Below, piece by piece: positions 1 through 7,738 of a DNA stretch of 64,000 nt. The DNA comes from Bacteroides sp. CAG:927. Its GTDB lineage: Bacteria; Bacillota; Clostridia; Oscillospirales; Oscillospiraceae. The DNA lies in assembly GCA_963660915.1 (NCBI GenBank), contig CAVLAO010000001.1, positions 83,664 to 147,663 on the forward strand, in the 5' to 3' direction. Within the stretch, counting starts at the first letter, position 1, and every line of letters starts with the position of its first letter. A model generated the notes under the pieces. It was not told where the DNA came from. It ran no database searches and saw nothing but the letters and a program-made list of their open reading frames with translations. Position numbers and translations under genes: made by a program.

Positions 1-816
1 CGGCGGTACTTTCCGTTCTAAAAGGAAGAGATAAAAGCCTGCCTCTGTCAGGGTGATATATGCGGTCAGATACATGGAAATCACCGTATCTGCAATCAGT
101 GTCAAAATTGTGACAATCATACTTGGCACAGAAAGTGCTCCAAACACTCCGCTCACAACACTGACAACAACTGTGCAGAGAATTTGCCATCCGATAAAGG
201 AAAGATCCACAATGAACAGTTCAAATTTGCGTCCGACCATCATCTGTTTGCTGCGGCGAATCGCTTCCAGTGCAGAAATATCCGGATCATCCAGCAAGAC
301 ATACTCCGCCATACGATAGCGGTAATACGCGATAAACCCGGGGAAAACAAGCAGAAGAGACCAGAGATAAATGAAGATGCACTTCAAAATTTCCATCCAG
401 ATAATCTTTGCTGCAAGATAGAAGTAAGAGAACAGATCCTCATATCCGCCTTCCTCCCCCCGCATGCGGTGCAGTGCATAGGCACTGTAACCGAATCCTA
501 CAACGATGGAATAGAACAGGATCACCAGTGCTACCAGAATGGCCCACTTTGCAGAGGCCACCGTCAAGTTGGAAAAAACCTGCTGCAGCATGGCATCAAT
601 CGTACTTTCAGACACCGTGGCAGACCCATCCAGAATAACCGACCATTGCTGAAGATTGGCGGAAACAGCATTAAACGGGTTGGGCAGAATGACATCTACA
701 ATCTGGCTGACCCAGGTAGTTGCCAGTAAAAAAACAAGTGTTACTTTCCATGGCGCAGGATTCCCTTCCCGCAGCATATGCTTTGTCCGTTGTTTTACGG
801 CGCTTCGATTAAACAT
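1..816 (-). CDS. DUF975-family integral membrane protein (C-terminal end runs off the window)
   Basis: Absent from the ORF track because it has no stop in the window. My translation starts at ATG 816, with AAGGAGGTG about 10 nt upstream, and gives MFNRSAVKQRTKHMLREGNPAPWKV... It has several hydrophobic helices and the ...LWSLLLVFPGFIAYYRYRMAEYVLLDDPDISALEAIRRSKQMMVGRKFELF..LSFIGW block typical of DUF975. The frame stays open to position 1. Confidence 0.7.
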   Translation of the reverse strand, partial: MFNRSAVKQRTKHMLREGNPAPWKVTLVFLLATTWVSQIVDVILPNPFNAVSANLQQWSVILDGSATVSESTIDAMLQQVFSNLTVASAKWAILVALVILFYSIVVGFGYSAYALHRMRGEEGGYEDLFSYFYLAAKIIWMEILKCIFIYLWSLLLVFPGFIAYYRYRMAEYVLLDDPDISALEAIRRSKQMMVGRKFELFIVDLSFIGWQILCTVVVSVVSGVFGALSVPSMIVTILTLIADTVISMYLTAYITLTEAGFYLFLLERKVPP

Positions 817-885
817 TTTTTGAAGCCACCTCCTTGATTTTTTCAGTATATCATAACGCCTGTCTCTTTGCAACGCAGAAGAGAA

Positions 886-911
886 CCGCCCGCTGCTTTT
901 GCAGCGGGCGG
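886..911 (-). terminator. Intrinsic terminator-like hairpin downstream of the flavoprotein gene
   Basis: CCGCCCGCTGC / TTTT loop / GCAGCGGGCGG, an 11-bp GC-rich stem. It is followed on the minus strand by a pyrimidine-rich TTCTCTTCT tract. Confidence 0.6.
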
Positions 912-931
912 CTGAATCGGATCTGTTAAAA

Positions 932-2506
932 TCAATCCTCAGGATCGACAAACTCGTCGGAATCCATGTACTTGACGCTCTCCATGCCGGCGATACGACC
1001 GGAGTTCAGTGCATAGGACATAGTGGAACCCGGATTATAGAAGCAATAAGAATCCGCAAAAACAGTAGCAGAGTCTGTGCCGCAGGCATACAGACCGGGG
1101 ATGGGATCCAGATCATTGTTCAGAACCTGCATGTTCTCATTGACCTGAATGCCGCCCAGAGAACCATAACCGGAGGGGAAGTGGCGGGCCACATAATAGG
1201 GAGCTGTGGTAATCGGCTTCAGGAAGCGATGATCCTTTGTAAACTGCCAGTCATAGCCGTTTGCAAAGCCATTGCACATAGCGTTGTACTCTTCAATCGT
1301 CTTCTTCAGGTTGGCCAGATTCACACCGGTCACCTCAGCGACCTCCTCCAGGCTCTGGCACTCAAAGAAGTTGCGCTCAATGTTGTCACCATAGGACACT
1401 TCCTTGTCGTCACTGGCAAAGACGCTGTTTTCCGCAGCGGACTTCACGCCGGAGAAGTACAGTTCCTTCTCATGCTCCCACTGATCCATGTTCTTGATGC
1501 CATGGTGGTAGGTAATGTAGTCCAGACCGTGCTCCTTGTAGTAATCAACAATGGTAGAGTCGATGATGGTGATGCCCATGTGCTTCTTCTGCTGCAGCAG
1601 AGAGTTGCCGGTGTAGGTGGTGTTGTCCATCAGCGCCTCGTTGAAGAAACGCTTGCCGTCCAGGTTGACCATCAGGTTGGGCTGACGCATGACCTCGGAC
1701 AATGTCTTAAACACGTCGGTGGTGCCGGGCGTGTTATAGGTGACTTCCATGTTGACTGCAGCCTTCTTACCGCCGATAGCCCAGACCATGTTCATGCCGT
1801 CGCCGTCGATGCCGGGGATACGGAAGGTGAACATATCTTCGCCCCACTTCCAGCCCATGTACTTCTCGATCATGTCAACGTTGTTGCCCATGCCGCCGGT
1901 GGCCACGATTACGCAGTTGCAGAGGCATTCGATCTCTTCGCCGTCGTCGGTAACGGCGATAACGCCGCGCACCTGACCCTGAGAGCCGGTCAGAATTTCC
2001 TTGACAGAGGTGTGCAGCTCGATCTCAACGCCGATTTCCTTTGCATACTCATGCATCTTCTGGATCATGGTAGAAGCGCAGCGCTCGGTGGGCTTGGTGG
2101 TACCGGGAGCCTTGACCATGTGCTGCGTGCAGTGAGAATTCTTGAAGTACTTGAATACGCCCAGGAACTCAACGCCCATCTTCTGAATCCACTCCACCGT
2201 GCTGGCAGACATGTTGAACCAACGGCGCACCAGCTTTGCGTCGGAACGCCAGTGGGTATATTCCATGAAGAAGTTAAAGGCATCGTCCAGCGTAAAGTCG
2301 TTGGTCATGTTCTCCTTCTGCAGCTGGGACTCGATTGCCAGGAAGGCCATGCCCATATTGGCCGCGCCGCCAACCGTTCCGCTCTTTTCAAAAGCGACGA
2401 CAGTGCCGCCACCGGTTGCGTTCAGAGATTCCTGCGCCTGAATGGATGCGGCCAGACCGGACATACCACAAGCAACAACTACGACATCTGCTTCCATCTG
2501 TCTCAT
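932..2506 (-). CDS. FAD-dependent oxidoreductase, fumarate reductase/succinate dehydrogenase flavoprotein-like (FAD_binding_2 type)
   Basis: 524 aa. N-terminal dinucleotide fold DVVVVACGMSGLAASIQAQE. C-terminal ...GLYACGTDS... segment typical of soluble flavocytochrome-c-type reductases. No signal peptide or TM helix. Confidence 0.8.
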   Translation of the reverse strand: MRQMEADVVVVACGMSGLAASIQAQESLNATGGGTVVAFEKSGTVGGAANMGMAFLAIESQLQKENMTNDFTLDDAFNFFMEYTHWRSDAKLVRRWFNMSASTVEWIQKMGVEFLGVFKYFKNSHCTQHMVKAPGTTKPTERCASTMIQKMHEYAKEIGVEIELHTSVKEILTGSQGQVRGVIAVTDDGEEIECLCNCVIVATGGMGNNVDMIEKYMGWKWGEDMFTFRIPGIDGDGMNMVWAIGGKKAAVNMEVTYNTPGTTDVFKTLSEVMRQPNLMVNLDGKRFFNEALMDNTTYTGNSLLQQKKHMGITIIDSTIVDYYKEHGLDYITYHHGIKNMDQWEHEKELYFSGVKSAAENSVFASDDKEVSYGDNIERNFFECQSLEEVAEVTGVNLANLKKTIEEYNAMCNGFANGYDWQFTKDHRFLKPITTAPYYVARHFPSGYGSLGGIQVNENMQVLNNDLDPIPGLYACGTDSATVFADSYCFYNPGSTMSYALNSGRIAGMESVKYMDSDEFVDPED

Positions 2507-2582
2507 TGTGAAATTCCTCCTTAGATTTTTAATTACTCATATTCCTCTATCTTACACCGCAGGAGTGCGGAGTAATACAAAC

Positions 2583-3239
2583 TTAGCCTCTGCGGCGACG
2601 ACGGCCTCCGCCGCCGGCAGCGGCGGCACCAAAGCTGCCCACAGGCACTGGATCGGTCGGCAGCGGCGGCTTGACGAGACCGGCCTTTTTGATTGCACCA
2701 ACCGGGCAGGCAGAGATGAATGCATCCTGCTTCATTTCCAGAAGATCCTTCTTCACCACATGAATCATGCCTGCGCCGCCGGCAATTGCATTGTCCGGCG
2801 CAGCTTCCAGACATTTTCCGCAGCCGTTGCAGACGGCGGGATCGATGTAAAGGGTGTAGCATGCAGGACATTCCATTGCCTTGCAGCGCTTACGGGTAAG
2901 GTGGTCATACCACTCATCGTAGTGGCTTTCCAGGGATGCCTGAATGCACTGCGCCGTGCGGACAGAAAGTTCACACTCGTTGGCACGGATAATCAAATCG
3001 CAGATATCCTTCAATAAATCCAGATCCTCAACACTGCCGCGACCGTTGGAAATATCCTCCGGAATCAGGTAGAGCTGATACATACCGTCGCGGCAGAACG
3101 TTCCGTGACCGCAGATCGCTGTATGTGCCTTGCGGGCAATACGGGTGGCCTGACAAACCGGGCAAACACCTTCTGTACCCTGCGCAATTTCCTCCACGGT
3201 GGGCAAACCCTCCGCAGTGATCTCACAAATTTTCTTCAT
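2583..3239 (-). CDS. Fe-S protein: degenerate NuoF C-terminal-like domain plus 2x[4Fe-4S] ferredoxin domain
   Basis: I place the start at MKKICEIT (ATG 3239), 14 nt after the upstream stop; the ORF-track start at 3314 overlaps the upstream gene. CGHGTFCRDG...DLDLLKD...C resembles the NuoF 4Fe-4S region. CNGCGKCLEAAP and ISACPVGAI are ferredoxin motifs. Gly/Arg-rich C-terminal tail. Confidence 0.7.
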   Translation of the reverse strand: MKKICEITAEGLPTVEEIAQGTEGVCPVCQATRIARKAHTAICGHGTFCRDGMYQLYLIPEDISNGRGSVEDLDLLKDICDLIIRANECELSVRTAQCIQASLESHYDEWYDHLTRKRCKAMECPACYTLYIDPAVCNGCGKCLEAAPDNAIAGGAGMIHVVKKDLLEMKQDAFISACPVGAIKKAGLVKPPLPTDPVPVGSFGAAAAGGGGRRRRRG

Positions 3240-3253
3240 GTTTGTCCCCCCTA

Positions 3254-5383
3254 TCAATATTCCGTCCAAAGCTTTGTGCGCTTGATTTGCAGGCGCAGCG
3301 GGCACTTCAGGCAACGAGCCGCTTCTGCCTTTGCCTGTTCCTCGGTGAAGTTGTTGTCCACCTTAACAAAGGAGCACTTACGCTCGTCGCAGGGGGTAAT
3401 ATTTGCACTCTGGCGGGGCAGTTGAGCGAAGCCTTCCACCTGACCGATATAGGGATCCGGCTTTGCCACTTCTACCAGCTTCTCCTCGATGTTGCCATCG
3501 CCGCCCAGTGCCTTGTCAATTTCAGCCGCCGCCTCACGGCCGCCGGCAATGGCGCTGATCACACTCTTTGTGCCGGTAATCACATCGCCGGCAGTGTAAA
3601 CGCCTTCCAGGCTGGTGCGGAGACCGGACTTACCCGTGGCAGGATCTACAGGATACCCGGGACGGTTGATCTCAAGTCCGAACTCCGCTGTCAGGTTGGT
3701 CTTCTGACCGGAAGCGTAGACAACCACGTCGCAGGGCACAAATACTTCTGTATTTTCAACTTTATCTACTTCCAGCCCATTGGGACCAAAGCGGAAACCG
3801 GAAATCGCAAAGCAGTTCAGACCGGTCACGTTGCCGTTCTCATCCTGCGTAAAGCCAGTGTTGGAGTAGCCGGAATAGAGCTTTACGCCCTCTTCTGCAG
3901 CCTGTTCAATCTCTTCGTCATCTGCCGTCATCTGCTGGCGGTTTTCCAGGCAAACCACGCTGACTTCAGCCCCCAGACGAATGGAGGAACGCGCTACGTC
4001 GTAGGCCACGTTGCCGCCGCCATAGACCAGCACCTTTACGCCGGGACCGATTTTCGGTGTGGTTTCTTTGCCCATGGAGATGTCCCGCAGCACATCCAGC
4101 GCAGTAGCCTCCTGGGCAGAGTTATGGTTATCCACCGGGATAATCTTGCCTTCTGAGGCACCCACAGCCACCAGAACCGCATCATAATCTGCCTTCAGTG
4201 CCTTTACATCGGTAACGGTCTGGCCGGTGACAATCTTCACCCCCGTCTCAGCAATGACATCGACTTCCTTCTGCACCTCATCGCGAGGCATACGATAGCC
4301 AGGAATACCATAGCTGAGCATACCGCCGCAGGTAGGATATCGCTCAATCAAGGTCACATCATGACCCTTCTTGGCCAGATAGTACGCCGCCGTCAGGCCG
4401 CAGGGACCGCCGCCGACAACTGCAACCTTCTTCCCGGTTGCCGGTGCCGTCTTTGTGTACTGTGCGCGCCAGGACTGGGTCTTATCGTGCAGTGCGGCGA
4501 AGAGCTTCAGCCCCTTGATATCCACTGCCCCGTTCAGACCGTTGCGCTTGCACTTCTTCTGGCAATAGCTGGTGCAGACATATCCCAGAGAGGTGGGGAA
4601 GGGAACCTTCTCACGGATGGTAGCAACCGCTCCGTCATAGTCGCCGCCGGCGATCTGACGCAGGTACTGGGGAATATTGATCTTTGCAGGACACTCTGCA
4701 GAGCAGGGAATCAGTGCCTCTTCCCGCACCAGATCCTTACGGAAGGTACCCTCCCGATCCTGCAAAGCGCCGGTGGGACATACCTCAACGCAAGCTCCGC
4801 AGAAGCGGCAGCCGGAAGCATCCAGAGGCAGGTCATTCAACGTGCCAATGTAGGTCTCTCCGTCCTTTTTCTGGTAGTCCAGCACCTTCACGCCGCGCAC
4901 ATCGCGACATACCCGCACGCAGCGGCCGCACTGAATGCAGCGCTCCATCTCCCGGTCGATCAGCGGATTGACCGTGTTGATCTTATTGGTCTTCTTGGTA
5001 ACATGGCGCATGCTCGGGTTGACGCTGGCATTCAGATACTGGAACAGTGCCTGCAGTTCGCAGTTACCAAAGCTGCGGCAGCCGCCGCAGTCGCCGGGGT
5101 GGCCGGCAAACATAAAGTTCATTGATGCACGGCGCAGACGATCCAGCTGCTCGCTCTTCGTCTTTACGTGCATTCCCTCTGCAACCTTTGTGTTGCAGCT
5201 GGTAACAGGTTCATTTCCATCGATCTCTACCACACAGAGCTTGCATCCGCCCTGGGGCTCTAAATCCGGATGGGAACAGATATGGGGCACATAGATCCCC
5301 GCATTCAGGGCCGCGTTGAGAACGCTTGCGCCCTCTTCCGCCTCCACTTGAACATCATCAATCCAAAGATTTACTTTTCCCAC
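3254..5383 (-). CDS. Multi-domain Fe-S flavoprotein: 2Fe-2S plus NuoG-like His/Cys cluster plus 2x[4Fe-4S], fused to a GltD/NfnB-like NAD(P)H:FAD oxidoreductase
   Basis: 709 aa with a GTG start and GAGGT RBS. Motifs: CSHPDLEPQGGCKLCVVE...C (2Fe-2S), HPGDCGGCRSFGNC, CIQCGRCVRVC, CRFCGACVEVCPTGA. These are followed by VAVVGGGPCGLTAAYYLAKKGHDVTLIE and VLVYGGGNVAYDVA (two Rossmann folds, as in the glutamate synthase small chain or NfnB). Confidence 0.8.
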   Translation of the reverse strand: MGKVNLWIDDVQVEAEEGASVLNAALNAGIYVPHICSHPDLEPQGGCKLCVVEIDGNEPVTSCNTKVAEGMHVKTKSEQLDRLRRASMNFMFAGHPGDCGGCRSFGNCELQALFQYLNASVNPSMRHVTKKTNKINTVNPLIDREMERCIQCGRCVRVCRDVRGVKVLDYQKKDGETYIGTLNDLPLDASGCRFCGACVEVCPTGALQDREGTFRKDLVREEALIPCSAECPAKINIPQYLRQIAGGDYDGAVATIREKVPFPTSLGYVCTSYCQKKCKRNGLNGAVDIKGLKLFAALHDKTQSWRAQYTKTAPATGKKVAVVGGGPCGLTAAYYLAKKGHDVTLIERYPTCGGMLSYGIPGYRMPRDEVQKEVDVIAETGVKIVTGQTVTDVKALKADYDAVLVAVGASEGKIIPVDNHNSAQEATALDVLRDISMGKETTPKIGPGVKVLVYGGGNVAYDVARSSIRLGAEVSVVCLENRQQMTADDEEIEQAAEEGVKLYSGYSNTGFTQDENGNVTGLNCFAISGFRFGPNGLEVDKVENTEVFVPCDVVVYASGQKTNLTAEFGLEINRPGYPVDPATGKSGLRTSLEGVYTAGDVITGTKSVISAIAGGREAAAEIDKALGGDGNIEEKLVEVAKPDPYIGQVEGFAQLPRQSANITPCDERKCSFVKVDNNFTEEQAKAEAARCLKCPLRLQIKRTKLWTEY

Positions 5384-5606
5384 GCTTCTTTTACCTCACA
5401 TTCCTATATTCCTCTTTTTGTTGACACACCAAAATCCCCATTTCAGGCGTGGCAAATCTGGCCGCTCAGCTGCAGCCAGATATTAACGGCATCATTATAC
5501 ATCATTTGTTGTGGAAACGCTACATATTTTTGTGGAAATCATAATTCTTTTTTTTGACTTCTTTCATAACAAAACTGCATAAATCCCATTGCAATTGGCG
5601 TAATTC

Positions 5607-5636
5607 TTGACAGTCCAGCCCTTGCTACTTTATAAT
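5607..5636 (+). promoter_or_regulatory. Sigma-70-type promoter for parE-parC
   Basis: TTGACA (5607-5612), 18-nt spacer, TATAAT (5631-5636), about 37 nt upstream of the parE ATG. Confidence 0.6.
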
Positions 5637-5672
5637 AAAATGTAAGTTTATATGTACGGTGAGGAATTTTTT

Positions 5673-7670
5673 ATGGCCAGACAAACGGCAAAGAAAAAAC
5701 AATACGACAACGAGGCGATCTCCTCCCTGAAGGGTGCAGACCGGGTGCGAAAGCGTCCCGGCGTTATTTTTGGCTCGGATGGATTAGAGGGCTGCGAGCA
5801 CGCCGTCTTTGAAATACTTTCCAACGCCATTGACGAGGCCCGCGCCGGTCATGGTACCCGCATTATCGTTACACGGTATGCTGACCGCTCCATTGAGGTG
5901 GAGGATTTCGGCCGCGGCTGTCCGGTGGATTGGAACAATGCGGAACAGCGGTACAACTGGGAGTTGGTGTTCTGCGAGCTCTACGCCGGCGGAAAATACG
6001 ACAACGCCAATGGTGACACCTATGAATATGCACTGGGTCTGAACGGACTCGGCTCCTGCGCCACCCAGTACGCTTCGGAATATTTCGATGCCACTATTTA
6101 TCGCGACGATAAAAAATATACGCTTCATTTCGAAAAAGGTGAAAATGTAGGCGGTTTGCACTCTGAAGACGCTCCCCGACACAAAACCGGTTCAAAATTC
6201 CGCTGGAAGCCGGATCTGGATGTGTTCACCGATATTTCCATTCCGGTGGAATACTATCTGGACATCATGAAGCGGCAGGCAGTGGTTAACCCCGGCGTCA
6301 CCTTTGTGTTCCGGAATCAAAGCGGCACCTCCTTTGAAACCACGGAGTTCTTTTATGAGCGGGGCATTCAGGACTACGTGTCGGAATTGGTGGGCGATCA
6401 GGGCATTACCACTCCGGTTTTCTTTCAGACCGAACGCGTTGGCCGGGATCGCCCGGACAAACCGGATTACAAGGTAAAGCTGAGCATTGCCCTGTGCTTC
6501 TCCAACCAGATCAATCTGATTGAGCACTATCACAACTCTTCCTGGTTAGAGCACGGCGGCTCTCCGGACAAGGCCATGCGCTCTGCTCTGCTCAGCGCCA
6601 TCGACAGCTATCTGCGCCAACAAAACAAATATAATAAAAACGAAGCCAAAATCACGTGGGCAGATATCCAGGACTGCCTTGTGTTTGTTTCCAGCAACTT
6701 CTCCACCCAGACAAGCTACGAAAATCAAACAAAAAAATCCATCACAAACAAGTTCATTCAAGAGGCCATGATTGATTTTTTGAAGGAACAGATGGCGGTT
6801 TACTTTACGGAAACACCTGCCGATGCAACCCGCATTGCCGATCAGGTGCTGATCAACAAGCGCTCCAGAGAACGGGCCGAATCCACCCGCGTTTCCATCA
6901 AGAAAAATCTGACTGCCAACCTCGACCTGAGCAATCGTGTGGCAAAGTTTGTGGACTGCCGTTCCAAAGATGTGGGCCGTCGGGAACTATACATTGTGGA
7001 GGGTGATTCCGCATTGGGCGCCTGCAAGCAGAGCCGTGACGCAGAATTTCAGGGCATCATGCCGGTGCGCGGCAAAATTCTGAACTGTCTCAAAGCGGAT
7101 TACAACAAAATTTTCAAAAGTGAAATTATCACTGACTTACTGAAGGTCATGGGCTGCGGTGTGGAACTCCACGGTGTAAAGAAAGCCAAGGATCTGCAGG
7201 CATTCAACCTGGAAAATCTGCGCTGGAATAAGATTATCATCTGCACCGATGCCGATGTGGATGGCTATCAGATTCGCACATTGATCCTGACCATGCTCTA
7301 TCGCCTGACCCCTACCCTGATCAATGAAGGGTTTGTCTATATCGCAGAATCCCCCCTCTATGAAATCACCTACAAAGAGGACACCTGGTTTGCCTACTCC
7401 AACCGGGAAAAGGATGATCTCATCAACGGGGAGCTGGCTGGAAAAAAATGCTCCATCCAGCGCTCCAAGGGTCTTGGTGAAAATGAGCCGGACATGATGT
7501 GGCTGACCACCATGAATCCTGCCACCCGCCGACTCATCAAGGTAATGCCTACCGATGCGGAACAAACCGCCCGCACCTTTGATCTTCTGCTGGGGGATAA
7601 CCTGCAGGGTCGAAAAGACCACATTGCTGAGGACGGACATCGGTTCCTTGAATTAGCGGACATTTCTTAA
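5673..7670 (+). CDS. parE: Type IIA topoisomerase ATPase subunit B (topoisomerase IV ParE-like / GyrB paralog)
   Basis: Start at MARQTAKKK (ATG 5673, GTGAGGA RBS). GHKL ATPase (LEGCEHAVFEILSNAIDEA) and Toprim (YIVEGDSALG, ...CTDADVDGYQIRTLILT). About 665 aa, immediately followed by the A subunit. Confidence 0.85.
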   Translation: MARQTAKKKQYDNEAISSLKGADRVRKRPGVIFGSDGLEGCEHAVFEILSNAIDEARAGHGTRIIVTRYADRSIEVEDFGRGCPVDWNNAEQRYNWELVFCELYAGGKYDNANGDTYEYALGLNGLGSCATQYASEYFDATIYRDDKKYTLHFEKGENVGGLHSEDAPRHKTGSKFRWKPDLDVFTDISIPVEYYLDIMKRQAVVNPGVTFVFRNQSGTSFETTEFFYERGIQDYVSELVGDQGITTPVFFQTERVGRDRPDKPDYKVKLSIALCFSNQINLIEHYHNSSWLEHGGSPDKAMRSALLSAIDSYLRQQNKYNKNEAKITWADIQDCLVFVSSNFSTQTSYENQTKKSITNKFIQEAMIDFLKEQMAVYFTETPADATRIADQVLINKRSRERAESTRVSIKKNLTANLDLSNRVAKFVDCRSKDVGRRELYIVEGDSALGACKQSRDAEFQGIMPVRGKILNCLKADYNKIFKSEIITDLLKVMGCGVELHGVKKAKDLQAFNLENLRWNKIIICTDADVDGYQIRTLILTMLYRLTPTLINEGFVYIAESPLYEITYKEDTWFAYSNREKDDLINGELAGKKCSIQRSKGLGENEPDMMWLTTMNPATRRLIKVMPTDAEQTARTFDLLLGDNLQGRKDHIAEDGHRFLELADIS

Positions 7671-7738
7671 GCGCTTTTCAAATGCGACAACCCTTTGATA
7701 TTGCTGCCTTTGGCAAAGAATAAGAGGACATGAATTAA

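Noticed and set aside
184-729. 181-aa and other plus-strand ORFs at the left edge (53-319, 184-729, 408-638)
   Set aside because: They are antisense to the DUF975 gene, which I translated from the minus strand. That gene has an excellent RBS and a membrane-protein pattern. The plus-strand products are low-complexity with no RBS.
899-2524. 541-aa plus-strand ORF
   Set aside because: It lies exactly antisense to the well-supported FAD flavoprotein gene (932-2506). Its composition is the H/L/G/V/A/Q-rich type typical of shadow ORFs in GC-rich DNA. It has no RBS and no recognisable motif.
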